A stretch of 64,000 bases of DNA from an uncultured cyanobacterium (GCA_963718615.1 OY970368.1:2432001-2496000); one strand, 5' to 3'; positions 20,498 through 30,457 are shown, counted from the stretch's first letter. Numbers and translations: made by a program. The notes: a model not told the origin generated them from the sequence alone.

Positions 20498-20950
20498 CTA
20501 AAGGCGAGCAGATTCCTCTGCATATACCAACTCATCAACAACATAGGTTAAAATGATGGGCTGCTGGGTTTGAGTCGATCGTTTTACAGTCCAGGTCTGA
20601 AAAGCATCCAGAATAATACGCTTGCTGTAAGGCTCAGGTGCATTCCACATGCTGGCTTCCCACATGACGACTACCTTGTAGATGGATTCTTCGCCGGTTG
20701 ATGAAACTAGGGTTACTTCTTTAACTGTGTGAACTTCGTCAAAAAACAACGTAATAACGCGCTCGTACCAGCCTTTAAATCCTTCAAAACCTTCTACAGT
20801 TGCTTCAGGAAAGATCATTTTGAGCTCTTTGTCAGCCAGCATAGGAATATATGCTTCTAGGGGCTCATGAACGTCTAACTTGCGATACCAGGCGGCGGCA
20901 AATTCACGTACTTCGGTATCGGAGAGTGGAGCAAGAAGGGTGGTAGTCAT
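20498..20950 (-). CDS. NTF2-like protein
   Basis: WYRKLDVH...FPE..VEGFEGFKGWY...FFDEVH; size and pattern of the NTF2 fold. Confidence 0.7.
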   Translation of the reverse strand: MTTTLLAPLSDTEVREFAAAWYRKLDVHEPLEAYIPMLADKELKMIFPEATVEGFEGFKGWYERVITLFFDEVHTVKEVTLVSSTGEESIYKVVVMWEASMWNAPEPYSKRIILDAFQTWTVKRSTQTQQPIILTYVVDELVYAEESARL

Positions 20951-21025
20951 AAATGAAAAAGAAGTGAGGATGGATAGAAATCAAAAGAATAAAACAAGGA
21001 TGCCAAGCTAAGAGTTGCCATGGAA

Positions 21026-22738
21026 TTAGAGGCCGATAGAGCCACAGATTTTTTGAATGGCATCGGGACGAATATTACCCTCAATGACCACATCAATGAG
21101 GAAGGGACCTTTGTGGGCGATCGCCTGTTTAATTGCTGGAACAATCTCCTCCGGCTTCTCGACGCGAACAGCTTCTACACCCATGGAGTGAGCCATTTGA
21201 TCAAATCGAATTGCTGGATTAGAGAGATCAAAACTCAGCGGAAAAGCATGTGTAGGAACACTTTGCTCTTGCCAGTACTGCTGAATATTGAGCTGCAATA
21301 GTTTGTAGGAACGATTATTGCAGATTACAAACTTGGCATCAATATTGTAACGGGCTGCCGTCCAAAGGGCTTGAATGGTATATAGGCTACCACCATCCCC
21401 AGTGAAGCCAACTACAGTCTTATCGGGATTTGCCAGCTTGAGGCCAATGGCTCCAGGAATGCCAACCCCTAGCGAACCGCCTCGAGTCGAAAAGTAATGA
21501 CCCGTTTGACGAGGGGGGAGATAGCGGGTCAGCGTCGGAGAAGAGGTAAGGGCTTCGTCAAAGACAATAGTATCGTTGGGCAATTTTTCTGCAAGCGCTT
21601 CCATAAACTGAGCAAAGTTCAGGTTTGGGCTACTTGCATTGCGATCGCCTGCTAAAGCTTGCTTAAGCTGAGCTGTTTTGGCCTCGGCTAGAACTTGCTT
21701 GCGATGAATGGCTTGCGATCGCTGTCCCTCGGTCTGCATCTCCTGAATGGCTTCTGCTAAACGCATCAGCGTCAACTTTGGATCGCACACAATTCCTAAA
21801 TCGACTGGATGATTCTTAGCAATTTCATAGGCATTTAAATCAATATGAAATACCTTTGCATCAGCGGCAAAAATATCACCTAGTTCTGGAAAAACCTCTG
21901 GCAAGACGTAGGTTCCACAAATTAAGTTAACATCACCCCGTTGCATGGTTGACAGACTATTACTGCCAAACATATGCCCTGTTGTACCTTGATACAGTGG
22001 ATGAGTGGTATCCATATTGAGTTCACCGGAGTCCACATCTCGGACCTCAGCACCGAGTAACTCTGCAACCTTTGTCAGAGCCTCCTGGGCACCAGAATAG
22101 GCAACTCCATCACCGACGTAAATCATCGGTGTCTGAGCTGTTATCAGTTGCTCAGCCATCTGAATGATTATGGCCGAATCGGGAACTACTCGGGTTGAAG
22201 GCAGAGAGGTCGGTCTGACAGGCTCTATAGTTGGAGCATCCAAAATGTCCTGGGGAAGACAGATATATACCGGTCCCATGGGAGGAGTGGATGCAATTTT
22301 GATAGCCTTGCGCAAAACTCGGAGCAGAGATGACGAATCAGAAACCATGGTGGACCATTTGGTCACCGGTCTAGCCATCGCAACGAGATCCCCAGCCATT
22401 TGGGCATCCATTGCCTGATACTTAATCCCCGCATCGCCACCGATGACCAGCAATGGTGCATGACCTCGCATTGCCTGGTAAAGGGCACCGATCGCATTGC
22501 CAAGACCCGGAGTGCTATGGATTTGGACAACTGTAGGCTTCTGCGTCGCCCTCGCATAGCCATCAGCCATCATCACAGCAACACTTTCTTGCAGTGTCAA
22601 AATGTACTTTAGCGTTGGATAGTCTGACAGTGCATCCAAAAATCCCTGTTCGACAGTTCCAGGATTGCCAAACATGTACTCAATGCCATCCGCAAGCAGT
22701 TGTTCGAGGATGGCAAAACGACCGGTTCTGCCTTGCAT
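21026..22738 (-). CDS. ThDP-dependent enzyme (benzoylformate decarboxylase/acetolactate synthase family)
   Basis: FGNPGTVE, QE..AVMMADGYARA, GDGG-x24-NN ThDP motif. Confidence 0.92.
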   Translation of the reverse strand: MQGRTGRFAILEQLLADGIEYMFGNPGTVEQGFLDALSDYPTLKYILTLQESVAVMMADGYARATQKPTVVQIHSTPGLGNAIGALYQAMRGHAPLLVIGGDAGIKYQAMDAQMAGDLVAMARPVTKWSTMVSDSSSLLRVLRKAIKIASTPPMGPVYICLPQDILDAPTIEPVRPTSLPSTRVVPDSAIIIQMAEQLITAQTPMIYVGDGVAYSGAQEALTKVAELLGAEVRDVDSGELNMDTTHPLYQGTTGHMFGSNSLSTMQRGDVNLICGTYVLPEVFPELGDIFAADAKVFHIDLNAYEIAKNHPVDLGIVCDPKLTLMRLAEAIQEMQTEGQRSQAIHRKQVLAEAKTAQLKQALAGDRNASSPNLNFAQFMEALAEKLPNDTIVFDEALTSSPTLTRYLPPRQTGHYFSTRGGSLGVGIPGAIGLKLANPDKTVVGFTGDGGSLYTIQALWTAARYNIDAKFVICNNRSYKLLQLNIQQYWQEQSVPTHAFPLSFDLSNPAIRFDQMAHSMGVEAVRVEKPEEIVPAIKQAIAHKGPFLIDVVIEGNIRPDAIQKICGSIGL

Positions 22739-22836
22739 GATTATTTCTAAATTGGGGATCAAAGAGAAAAATAAACGGATGGAATTTTAAGCATTAATGA
22801 TGGGGATAAATTGCTTAAAATTTCCATCGTTAATGC

Positions 22837-23661
22837 TTACCAGCCGTAGCGTTTTAGATCTTTTTCTAGAACCTCAACCATCTTTTCACCGGTTAGGTAG
22901 GAGTCAGGGGTAGATCGTCCGGTAATAAAGGGATAGTCTACAATTACTGAGGTTTCTTTCCCAAAGTTGCCAATGTAAGAACCCTCAGGTCCTGTAGCAT
23001 CACGCAGGATGTATTCCAGGGGGTAGGGCGGAGGACCCATGTTAAAGTCAGTCCCCATAAAGCCGGTACCATCATGGTAGTCGTACTCTTTACAGTGACC
23101 TGTAACATGCTTGCCCCAAATTAAGCTTTTGCGATTTTCAAGTTCGCGAGCAAAGGCTAAGCAAGCGACGCCATAGCACTCTGCACCAATGGGCTTGTTC
23201 ATCCGATAGAAGCTTAGGATAATATCGTGAACACGCTGATTATTTGCCAAGTCCACAATGGGGCCGCTACCTCCAACAATCAATAAAGCATCATATTGAG
23301 CAAGGTATTCACGCTCAACTTTAGCCATTTGACTATAATAAGCTTCCAAGTCTCGAATCAAACTAGGAGAGCTAAAGTAAGGCATTTCAGGCACTACTTC
23401 AGCAATATTAAGAGGATAGTTAAGGCGAGGTGATTTATCAATTTCTTTGACTTTTTTCGCGACTTCTGGGGAGGTTACACTTCGACCTAGAGGGGGATCA
23501 ACATAGTCAGGATCCATACTTGGTGGTAAAGCTACAGGACGTTTACCATTTGGCGTTGCAAAGGTAACTTCATAGCCAGCCTTATCAAAAGTTTCGAGGG
23601 GACCAATTAATTCCTCGCCCCAAAATCCCCATTCGGAAAGGATAACTAGAATTTTTTTCAT
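22837..23661 (-). CDS. DJ-1 superfamily (Hsp31-like, type 1 glutamine amidotransferase-like domain) protein
   Basis: GFWGEEL..P, FATPNG, YDALLIVGGSGP..DL, AECYG, FITGR. Confidence 0.85.
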   Translation of the reverse strand: MKKILVILSEWGFWGEELIGPLETFDKAGYEVTFATPNGKRPVALPPSMDPDYVDPPLGRSVTSPEVAKKVKEIDKSPRLNYPLNIAEVVPEMPYFSSPSLIRDLEAYYSQMAKVEREYLAQYDALLIVGGSGPIVDLANNQRVHDIILSFYRMNKPIGAECYGVACLAFARELENRKSLIWGKHVTGHCKEYDYHDGTGFMGTDFNMGPPPYPLEYILRDATGPEGSYIGNFGKETSVIVDYPFITGRSTPDSYLTGEKMVEVLEKDLKRYGW

Positions 23662-23727
23662 GCGATCTCCATGACTCAAATCAGAAACGGTTAGATAATG
23701 GCACCTGAACTTTTGGCTCTAACTTTG

Positions 23728-23764
23728 ATCTCAGATTAATCTGCGGTCTAGATTAATCTGAGAT
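23728..23764. promoter_or_regulatory. Perfect 15-bp inverted repeat upstream of the cluster's first gene (candidate operator or leader hairpin)
   Basis: atctcagattaatct-gcggtct-agattaatctgagat; each arm contains the palindrome AGATTAATCT. Confidence 0.55.
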
Positions 23765-24436
23765 TAAGTGCAATAACTTAACTCGATGACTCAATGAGGA
23801 ATGAACTATCTTTTAAGCAAAGTTCATACTCCTTTTGTAAAGACAATAGAACCTTTTTCTTGGTTGGACAATAAGTGAATCTACGGGGAATTAGAATTTA
23901 TTCCATTTAGCCACATTGTTAATATCTGAATTTTTATAGAAACAACAGGCTTTTCCCTCTTTTAATAAAAGTACTGGTTCCTCCTAAATTCTAGTTTTAT
24001 AATCACTACTTATGACAACAACAAGTCTTCTTTCGAAGAATCTCGGGGAATCTACGGATTAGCTCTTCTGTGCTTTTACAGAGAAAAAAGCAGATAGCTA
24101 GTGCAAAAAGTCATGGCTTGACCATGCTAATCTCAGAGACTTGCTTGTTTTGAGGCTAGCAATAGGGCAGAAAACGCCTCAAAGTTCTATCTGTAGAAAA
24201 GTCTGAGATTGATGAAATTGTGTTGATGCGGTTGATGGGAATCATAATAGTCATGATCAATTACTGACTCTAAACCTAGAGAAGCGCTAATGCCTGGGCT
24301 TCTCACTCTTGTTCAACAGGATTACGGCTTCATCTTTACCTAGCGTGCCCTCAAAGTGTGTCGGCTAACGGTATCTATGTTACGCCTTGTAAAATTTTGA
24401 GGAGTAGTGACTCAACTTTTCTGGCAAATCATGAAT

Positions 24437-24996
24437 TTAGAGAGCAGGAGCCCAGTTTGCTCTCTTTATTGTATTAAAATATACAAAACCAGGGTTTGGT
24501 GATAGTATTTCAAGATCGCCTACATGAAAGATGTAGAGGCTAATGCTGAATACTGCGGAGTTTGCCACCGCGACCCGTAAGTCGTAATGGGCCAAAGAAT
24601 TAGACCGAGTAACCCTCCCAAAAGGCCGCCTCCCTGAAGTGCTTGAGTCACAGAGGGGGAACTGCTGGTGCTGATGGGCTCTACTCTTCGTTAAAACCTG
24701 GTACCGGAGTTGGCCTTGTTCCGTTAGGGTCCGAGATAAATTTTCGGTTGCTATCGCATCTGTGCTTGAGGTCTGGTCGGCCAGTAGGGCTGTTTCTAGC
24801 TCACCATAGGTCGTTTCAACGAAGACTAGAACGGATGTGCCAATGACGAAGTTGGGGAGTTCATCTGTCAGGCGAACATAAATATTGAGATCAATATCGT
24901 CCTGAAGAAATTGGGACCAAATGAGTCCCGCAACTTCAAATCCGATCATCTGGTCCAGTAGATACCAGGTTGAAAGGAGAAATTAAACGTCGTCAT
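24437..24996 (-). pseudogene. Frameshifted, truncated remnant of a cyanobacterial NF038122-like metalloprotease
   Basis: MTTFNFSFQPG (ATG at 24996) is out of frame with LDQMIGFEVAGLIWSQFLQDD...LPNFVIG; no HExxH motif follows. Confidence 0.6.
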
Positions 24997-25411
24997 AGCC
25001 GAATATTTAGTATCAGTGAGGCGGCAGATGAGTGACGGGTGGTTTTGACTAGAAGCGATCGCAACTCAGAGATGACTGCAATATTAGTAGTATACGTACA
25101 TTTATCATATCTCTGCGCGTTGGCTTTTGATGTAATATAATTGCTTTCTATGCCTAAATTTATCTAAATTTCAAACTTTTTAGAAATATTGGTTGATCTA
25201 TGTTTTTCGTTGCTGAAGTCAATTCTTAATAGGTTTAAAATTACGCCGGATTGCCGATGAAGGAGCGATTTTCCTAAGTCTATTGGTGACGATCGACTAT
25301 TGATCAAGCTGCTCTGATCTCTAAGCTTCTCTCAAAATGTAATTGAGCTGAGATCTTACCCCGATTACGATGACGTTCCAAGGTTCAAGCCCCAGGCTAA
25401 TCGCTGGAGTT

Positions 25412-27157
25412 TCAAGAGGAAAGTTTGATTTGAGCTGAAGCCGATTGTTGAGACGAGCTACCGGATCGAAACCCGATAGAATCAGGAGTGGGGGGCTGAT
25501 TTCGCATTAACCGCTTCAGTAATTTGGTGCGCTCCAGTCGATTGAGGACACGAACAATGAGTTCAGGACCAATAATGGGTTTGCTGACAAAATCATCCGC
25601 ACCGGCAGCAAACACTTGAGTCGCTGTTTCTGTATCAATCCGTGTGGTGAGTAACAGAATGGGGAGACTATTCCAAGGCTCTTCACCGCGAATTTGCTGG
25701 CAGAGTTCTAGGCCATCCATTCGAGACATTTGAATATTGAGAATGAGCAAATCGGGATTGGCATGGGTTAATCCCTCCCAAAAGCGTCGGGGATCTGAAA
25801 GGGTAATAACTTGTAATCCCCAGGGTTCTAATAAGGTTCGTAAAAATTTCAGAATCTTGAGATCATCATCCACAATCAAAATTCGCCCTTCTGTATTTTC
25901 ATTGGGAAAAGCGGGAGCTGTCGGTAGATTGTTCGGTTGATAGGGAGTCGCTTGAGCAATAGTCGCTTGAGCAATAATGGGTGGGTTAGTGCTCGGTGCG
26001 TTAGTGGTCGCTAGATCGGTCGAGAGGGGCTCAGACAGCTCTTGTTTTCCGGAGATTGAGGAGGACGTTACAGAATTTTTGATTTTGTGTTCAAGCTGAT
26101 GCAGAAGCTCAGTTGCGCCTTGATGGAGCTGCTGCATCGCGTGAGAGCTTGTCCCTGCTAGAGCCTCGCTCTGCGCCGTTTCTAAGCCAGTTTCGATCTC
26201 ACGGGCCAAATGGGAGGCACTCATCAAGCCAAAGGTTCCTAAGGCTCCACACAGAGAATGGGCATCTCGCTGGGCCTGTTGGAACGCGGTTGGCTCTAGG
26301 GGTCCATGGGGAAGGAGGGCGATCGCCCGCTCCAGCCGTTGGGCCTGCTCGTGGATGCGAGGCTGAAACCGTTCCCAAACCTGGGCAATTTGGGCGATCG
26401 CCTGAAGACTCGCAGCCCGTTCTGTATCGGAGTTAGAACCTTTACCTTTGATCCTAGAACTTTCTGTTTTGCCTAGGCTTTCCTCCTGGGGATGCAACCG
26501 ATAGCCGATGCCATAGACGGTCTCAATCACATGACTGGGTGCCTGGGCGGCCTTTAATTTTTGACGGATGCACTTGATATGGGTTCGTACGGCCTCATCT
26601 CCCGGTGTATCTTCGTAAGTCCAGAGATGCTCAATAATCATGCTACAGCTGAAGACTCGGTGGGGATGGCGCATCAACAGCTCTAATAATGCATATTCTT
26701 TAGGGGTGAACATCACAGGATGTTGATCGTAAAACACCTCATAGGATTCTGGATCAAGGAGCAGTTTGCCCCAGCTCAGTAAGGGAGAAGCCTCCGCCAT
26801 GCCCCGCCGCAGCAGGGCCCGGATTCGAGCCGTGAGCTCTTCGGGGTCAAAGGGTTTGGTGACATAATCATCGGCCCCAGCATCTAGCCCGAGGGCTTTA
26901 TCATGGCAGGTATCCCGAGCTGTGAGTAGCAAAATTGGCATGTTGTAGTGGTGATTTCGCAGGCGCTGGCATAGACTAAGGCCATCTAATCCCGGCAAAA
27001 TTACATCTAAAACAATGAGGTCATAGCTAAAGGCTTCAATCAGACACCAAGCCGATTCACCATCTGTCGCAATCTCAACTGCATAGTGATGATGGGCGAG
27101 GAGAGTCTCCAAAATCTGAGCCGTGGATTCATCATCATCAACCACTAGGATTCTCAT
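25412..27157 (-). CDS. Multidomain response regulator REC-wHTH(OmpR)-Hpt-REC (RcaC-like architecture)
   Basis: MRILVVDDD, GADDYVTKPF, IETVYGIGY, Hpt AHSLCG.LGTFG, second REC domain. Confidence 0.92.
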   Translation of the reverse strand: MRILVVDDDESTAQILETLLAHHHYAVEIATDGESAWCLIEAFSYDLIVLDVILPGLDGLSLCQRLRNHHYNMPILLLTARDTCHDKALGLDAGADDYVTKPFDPEELTARIRALLRRGMAEASPLLSWGKLLLDPESYEVFYDQHPVMFTPKEYALLELLMRHPHRVFSCSMIIEHLWTYEDTPGDEAVRTHIKCIRQKLKAAQAPSHVIETVYGIGYRLHPQEESLGKTESSRIKGKGSNSDTERAASLQAIAQIAQVWERFQPRIHEQAQRLERAIALLPHGPLEPTAFQQAQRDAHSLCGALGTFGLMSASHLAREIETGLETAQSEALAGTSSHAMQQLHQGATELLHQLEHKIKNSVTSSSISGKQELSEPLSTDLATTNAPSTNPPIIAQATIAQATPYQPNNLPTAPAFPNENTEGRILIVDDDLKILKFLRTLLEPWGLQVITLSDPRRFWEGLTHANPDLLILNIQMSRMDGLELCQQIRGEEPWNSLPILLLTTRIDTETATQVFAAGADDFVSKPIIGPELIVRVLNRLERTKLLKRLMRNQPPTPDSIGFRSGSSSQQSASAQIKLSS

Positions 27158-27207
27158 GGGGCAGCATCCCTCGGATTGTCACTCAGCCTGCGGTTCTCTT
27201 TTTGATT

Positions 27208-28290
27208 ATGAACGAAGATCGAAAAAAGGTTTGGGGATCGCTTACAAGCATTTACATCCGGGGAGTGCGATTACCCCTGGTCCTCTCTCTACTCTCCTTG
27301 CTGTTGTCCTTGGTTGCTTGTGGTGCCGCGCTGCCGCCGGGGCCGGATCGGGCGTTGATGCCCCGTGAGCTGGGTGTAATTGTCAATCGGGCGGATCCCC
27401 TTAGTGTTCAAATTGGAGAGTACTATCGCCAACGACGGCGTATTCCCGATCGCAACTTGATCGAAGTGGATTTTCCCCCCGACACAACCACGCTGTCGCC
27501 GGGGGAGTTTCGCCGGATCCAGCGGCAGGTCGCGCGCCAAACGCCCTATTACATTCAAGCCTATGCGCTGACTTGGGCGACGCCGTACCGGGTGGGCTGT
27601 ATGTCGATCACATCGGCGTTTGCCTTTGGGTTTGATCCCAAATATTGCGCCCAAGGCTGTCAGGCTACGGAATCCAACCCCTATTTCAATCAGGACAGCG
27701 AGAAACCCTACAGCGATTTTGGGATGCGTCCGACGATGGCGATCGCCGCCACCACCTTTGCTAAAGCCCGCACCCTGATTGACCGAGGTATCCAGTCTGA
27801 TTTCGATCGCCCGATGGGTACGGCCTATCTGGTGAGCACCAGCGACCCCACGCGCAATGTCCGGGTGGGGATGTTTCCGCTGGCGCTGGGCGTGGCCGCT
27901 GAGCGCTATTTTGCTGCTGAACTCGTCAAAACCGATGCCTTGGTCGACAAGACCGATGTGATGTTTTATTTCACGGGGTTAACGAATGTTCAAAAGCTGA
28001 CTGCCAATCGATTTTTGCCGGGGGCGATCGCCGACCACCTCACCTCCTTTGGCGGTATGCTCACGGACAGCTCCCAGATGAGCAGTCTCCGCTGGCTCGA
28101 AGCCGGAGCGACCGGCAGCTACGGCACGGTAGAAGAACCCTGCAATTTTGCGCAAAAGTTTCCCCATCCAGCGGTCTTGATGCACTATTATCTGCGGGGA
28201 GAATCGTTAATTGAAGCCTACTGGAAAAGCGTAGCTTGGCCCGGTCAAGGGCTGTTTATTGGGGAGCCCCTGGCCAGACCTTTTCAATAG
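27208..28290 (+). CDS. TIGR03790 family protein
   Basis: IGEYYRQRRRIP..N, CMSITSAFAFG, PGAIADHLTSFGG, GATGSYGTVEEPC, GLFIGEPLARPF. Confidence 0.85.
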   Translation: MNEDRKKVWGSLTSIYIRGVRLPLVLSLLSLLLSLVACGAALPPGPDRALMPRELGVIVNRADPLSVQIGEYYRQRRRIPDRNLIEVDFPPDTTTLSPGEFRRIQRQVARQTPYYIQAYALTWATPYRVGCMSITSAFAFGFDPKYCAQGCQATESNPYFNQDSEKPYSDFGMRPTMAIAATTFAKARTLIDRGIQSDFDRPMGTAYLVSTSDPTRNVRVGMFPLALGVAAERYFAAELVKTDALVDKTDVMFYFTGLTNVQKLTANRFLPGAIADHLTSFGGMLTDSSQMSSLRWLEAGATGSYGTVEEPCNFAQKFPHPAVLMHYYLRGESLIEAYWKSVAWPGQGLFIGEPLARPFQ

Positions 28291-28366
28291 CTGCCGGAAC
28301 TCTCCGGATTCGGGCACAGTCGTTAGCATCGGCCTAATCAAAACTTGGGATCAAGAGGTAGCAGCG

Positions 28367-29457
28367 TGAGTCAAGGGCAAGGATGGCGCAGAATCGGTCT
28401 AGTCAGGCTGGTGGTGGTGTTAGGGGGCCTGGGTTTAGGATGGATGCCCGTTGTGGCCCAAACTCCGCCTCCGCCAAAGGTTACGACGGCGACGGGGACA
28501 ACGGTCGATCGCGCCCTCGATCGCGCCTTTGCCATTCCCCCCCGGTTTGACCATGCTTCTCCTTTTTCGGAAGGATTGGCTCCGGTGAAAGTCGGCGATC
28601 GCTGGGGCTATATCAACCACCAGGGAGAAATGGCGATCGCCCCCCAATTCGAGTCCACCTGGGGCTTTTCAGAGGGGTTAGCCTTGGTTCAAACCGGACG
28701 TGCCCGCAGTTATATCAACCCTGAGGGCAAATCGATTCTGCGAATTAAACCCGCAGTGGGGTTTGTCAGTCCAGTGTTTGCGGAGGGATTGGCTGTCATC
28801 GAGGTGAAAAACCGCTGGGGCTATATCAATCAACAGGGCAAGCCGGTCATTCCGCTGCAGTTTGAAAAGGCCCGCTCCTTTTCTGAAGGGTTGGCGGCGG
28901 TGCAGCAAGAGGGCAAATGGGGCTATGTGGACCCGGCGGGGAAGCTGGTCATTGCGCCGCAGTTTGAACAGGCTTGGGAGTTTGTCAATGGCTTGGCCGT
29001 GGTCCAGGTCAATGGCATTCTAGGATTTGTTGATCCTCAGGGAAAATTTGCGATCGCCCCCCATTTCGAAGACGCCGAAGACTTTTCCGAGGATCTGGCC
29101 GCCGTTCAGTTTGAGGGCAAATGGGGCTACATCAACCGCCAAGGCCAGTTTGTGATTCCGCCTCAGTTTACCCGCGCCAAAGGATTCTCTGAGGGACTGG
29201 CGGCTGTCCATTCACAGGGGCAGTATGGCTACATCGATAAGACGGGGACATTTGTGATCGCGCCCCAGTTTGATGAGTTTGTGGGCAGTTTCTCAGAGGG
29301 GTTTGCGATGATCCGGGTGGGTCGAGAGGCCGGATATGTCGATCGTGCGGGACAACGGGTGATTGCACCGCAATTTAGCTTGGCTACAGACTTTTCGGAA
29401 GGTCTCGCCCCAGTGAAGCAAGGACCGAAGTGGGGCTATGTTAAGCATCCGGGCTAA
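28367..29457 (+). CDS. WG-repeat (WG_beta_rep) secreted protein
   Basis: About 7 repeats of FSEGLA.V....WGYI...G..VI.PQF; signal peptide; start uncertain. Confidence 0.9.
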
Positions 29458-29466
29458 ATATCCGGG

Positions 29467-29697
29467 CTAAACATCCGGGTTCAGACACGAGGGTGGATGG
29501 ATCCTAGTTTCATTTGAGTTCGGAATACGCAGCTCTTGTACCGCAACCTTAGTTTGAGCCAAGCGCTCCAAGAGACCCGGCTCAATCGCAACCTGCTGGG
29601 TCAGGTCTTCGAGACAGCTCAAAACTTCGACTAATCCCCATTGCAGGCTGGTAATGACTTCACGAAGGTAGCGTTCTTCTTCTTGATCCTGGTGCAT
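29467..29697 (-). CDS. Small hypothetical protein
   Basis: 76-aa helical-looking ORF, no recognised motif. Confidence 0.4.
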   Translation of the reverse strand: MHQDQEEERYLREVITSLQWGLVEVLSCLEDLTQQVAIEPGLLERLAQTKVAVQELRIPNSNETRIHPPSCLNPDV

Positions 29698-29830
29698 AAT
29701 CTTTGCTGAATCGTCGCTGGGGAATAGAGAGATAATGGAAGCTCAAGCTGAAATCTGACAACCTTCCGCGAGAAGGGTACGATATAAGACATAGGACACA
29801 ATTGCCAGTTTGTTGTTTGATTTCAAGCCT

Positions 29831-30217
29831 ATGACAACAAATCATGCGAATGATGCCTCTGCTTGGGAGAGATTAGAGCAGGGTCGATTGAATAAAGCTG
29901 CCCAGGGAGGATATGTAGGCTATGGCTCACCTGCGTTTGGTCAGCAGTCCGTCAAGGGTGAGTTGGTGGAGAACCCCACGGAATGTGAAATCATTGAACT
30001 GATTCGTCGTCACCACAAATCTGGAAAGTCCTTACAAAGGATTGCAGATTGGCTCAATCAACAGGGCTACAAGACTAAGCGTGGCAAAGCGTGGCAGCGA
30101 GTTTCGGTCAAACGGGTGCTCGATCGTCTCTATGGTAGAGCTCAAAGAACGACATCCTCCCCATTCCAAAGTCCCTCTCTTCTGACGGACGTTTCTTTTC
30201 CGACTGACGACTCGTAG
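29831..30217 (+). CDS. Recombinase-domain-only protein (DNA-binding domain of large serine recombinases)
   Basis: GYVGYGSPAFG, SLQRIADWLNQQGYKTKRGKAW; no catalytic resolvase domain. Confidence 0.8.
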   Translation: MTTNHANDASAWERLEQGRLNKAAQGGYVGYGSPAFGQQSVKGELVENPTECEIIELIRRHHKSGKSLQRIADWLNQQGYKTKRGKAWQRVSVKRVLDRLYGRAQRTTSSPFQSPSLLTDVSFPTDDS

Positions 30218-30457
30218 TATCTGAAAACCAAAAATTCCCAAAGTCACTGCCCAAGTAGGGTTTCATTTCTTCTTGTGTAACATCCCTCTCAAAAATACCA
30301 TAAAGTGAGCTAAGCTTTATTCTGCAACGGTTTTTCCGAGATAGCTGTTACATCTGTCTAGTTGTGTGTTCAAGTTGAGAACAACGGAGCGGGAATTCTA
30401 GGCATGGTATGGGGCAGCGCGTCGTAATGGCCTTGAGCGGTGTGAATAGGGGTATGA

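Noticed and set aside
28550-29450. Regularly spaced DNA repeats
   Set aside because: Explained by WG protein repeats
29831-30217. Integrase marking a mobile element
   Set aside because: No catalytic domain, att sites or cargo
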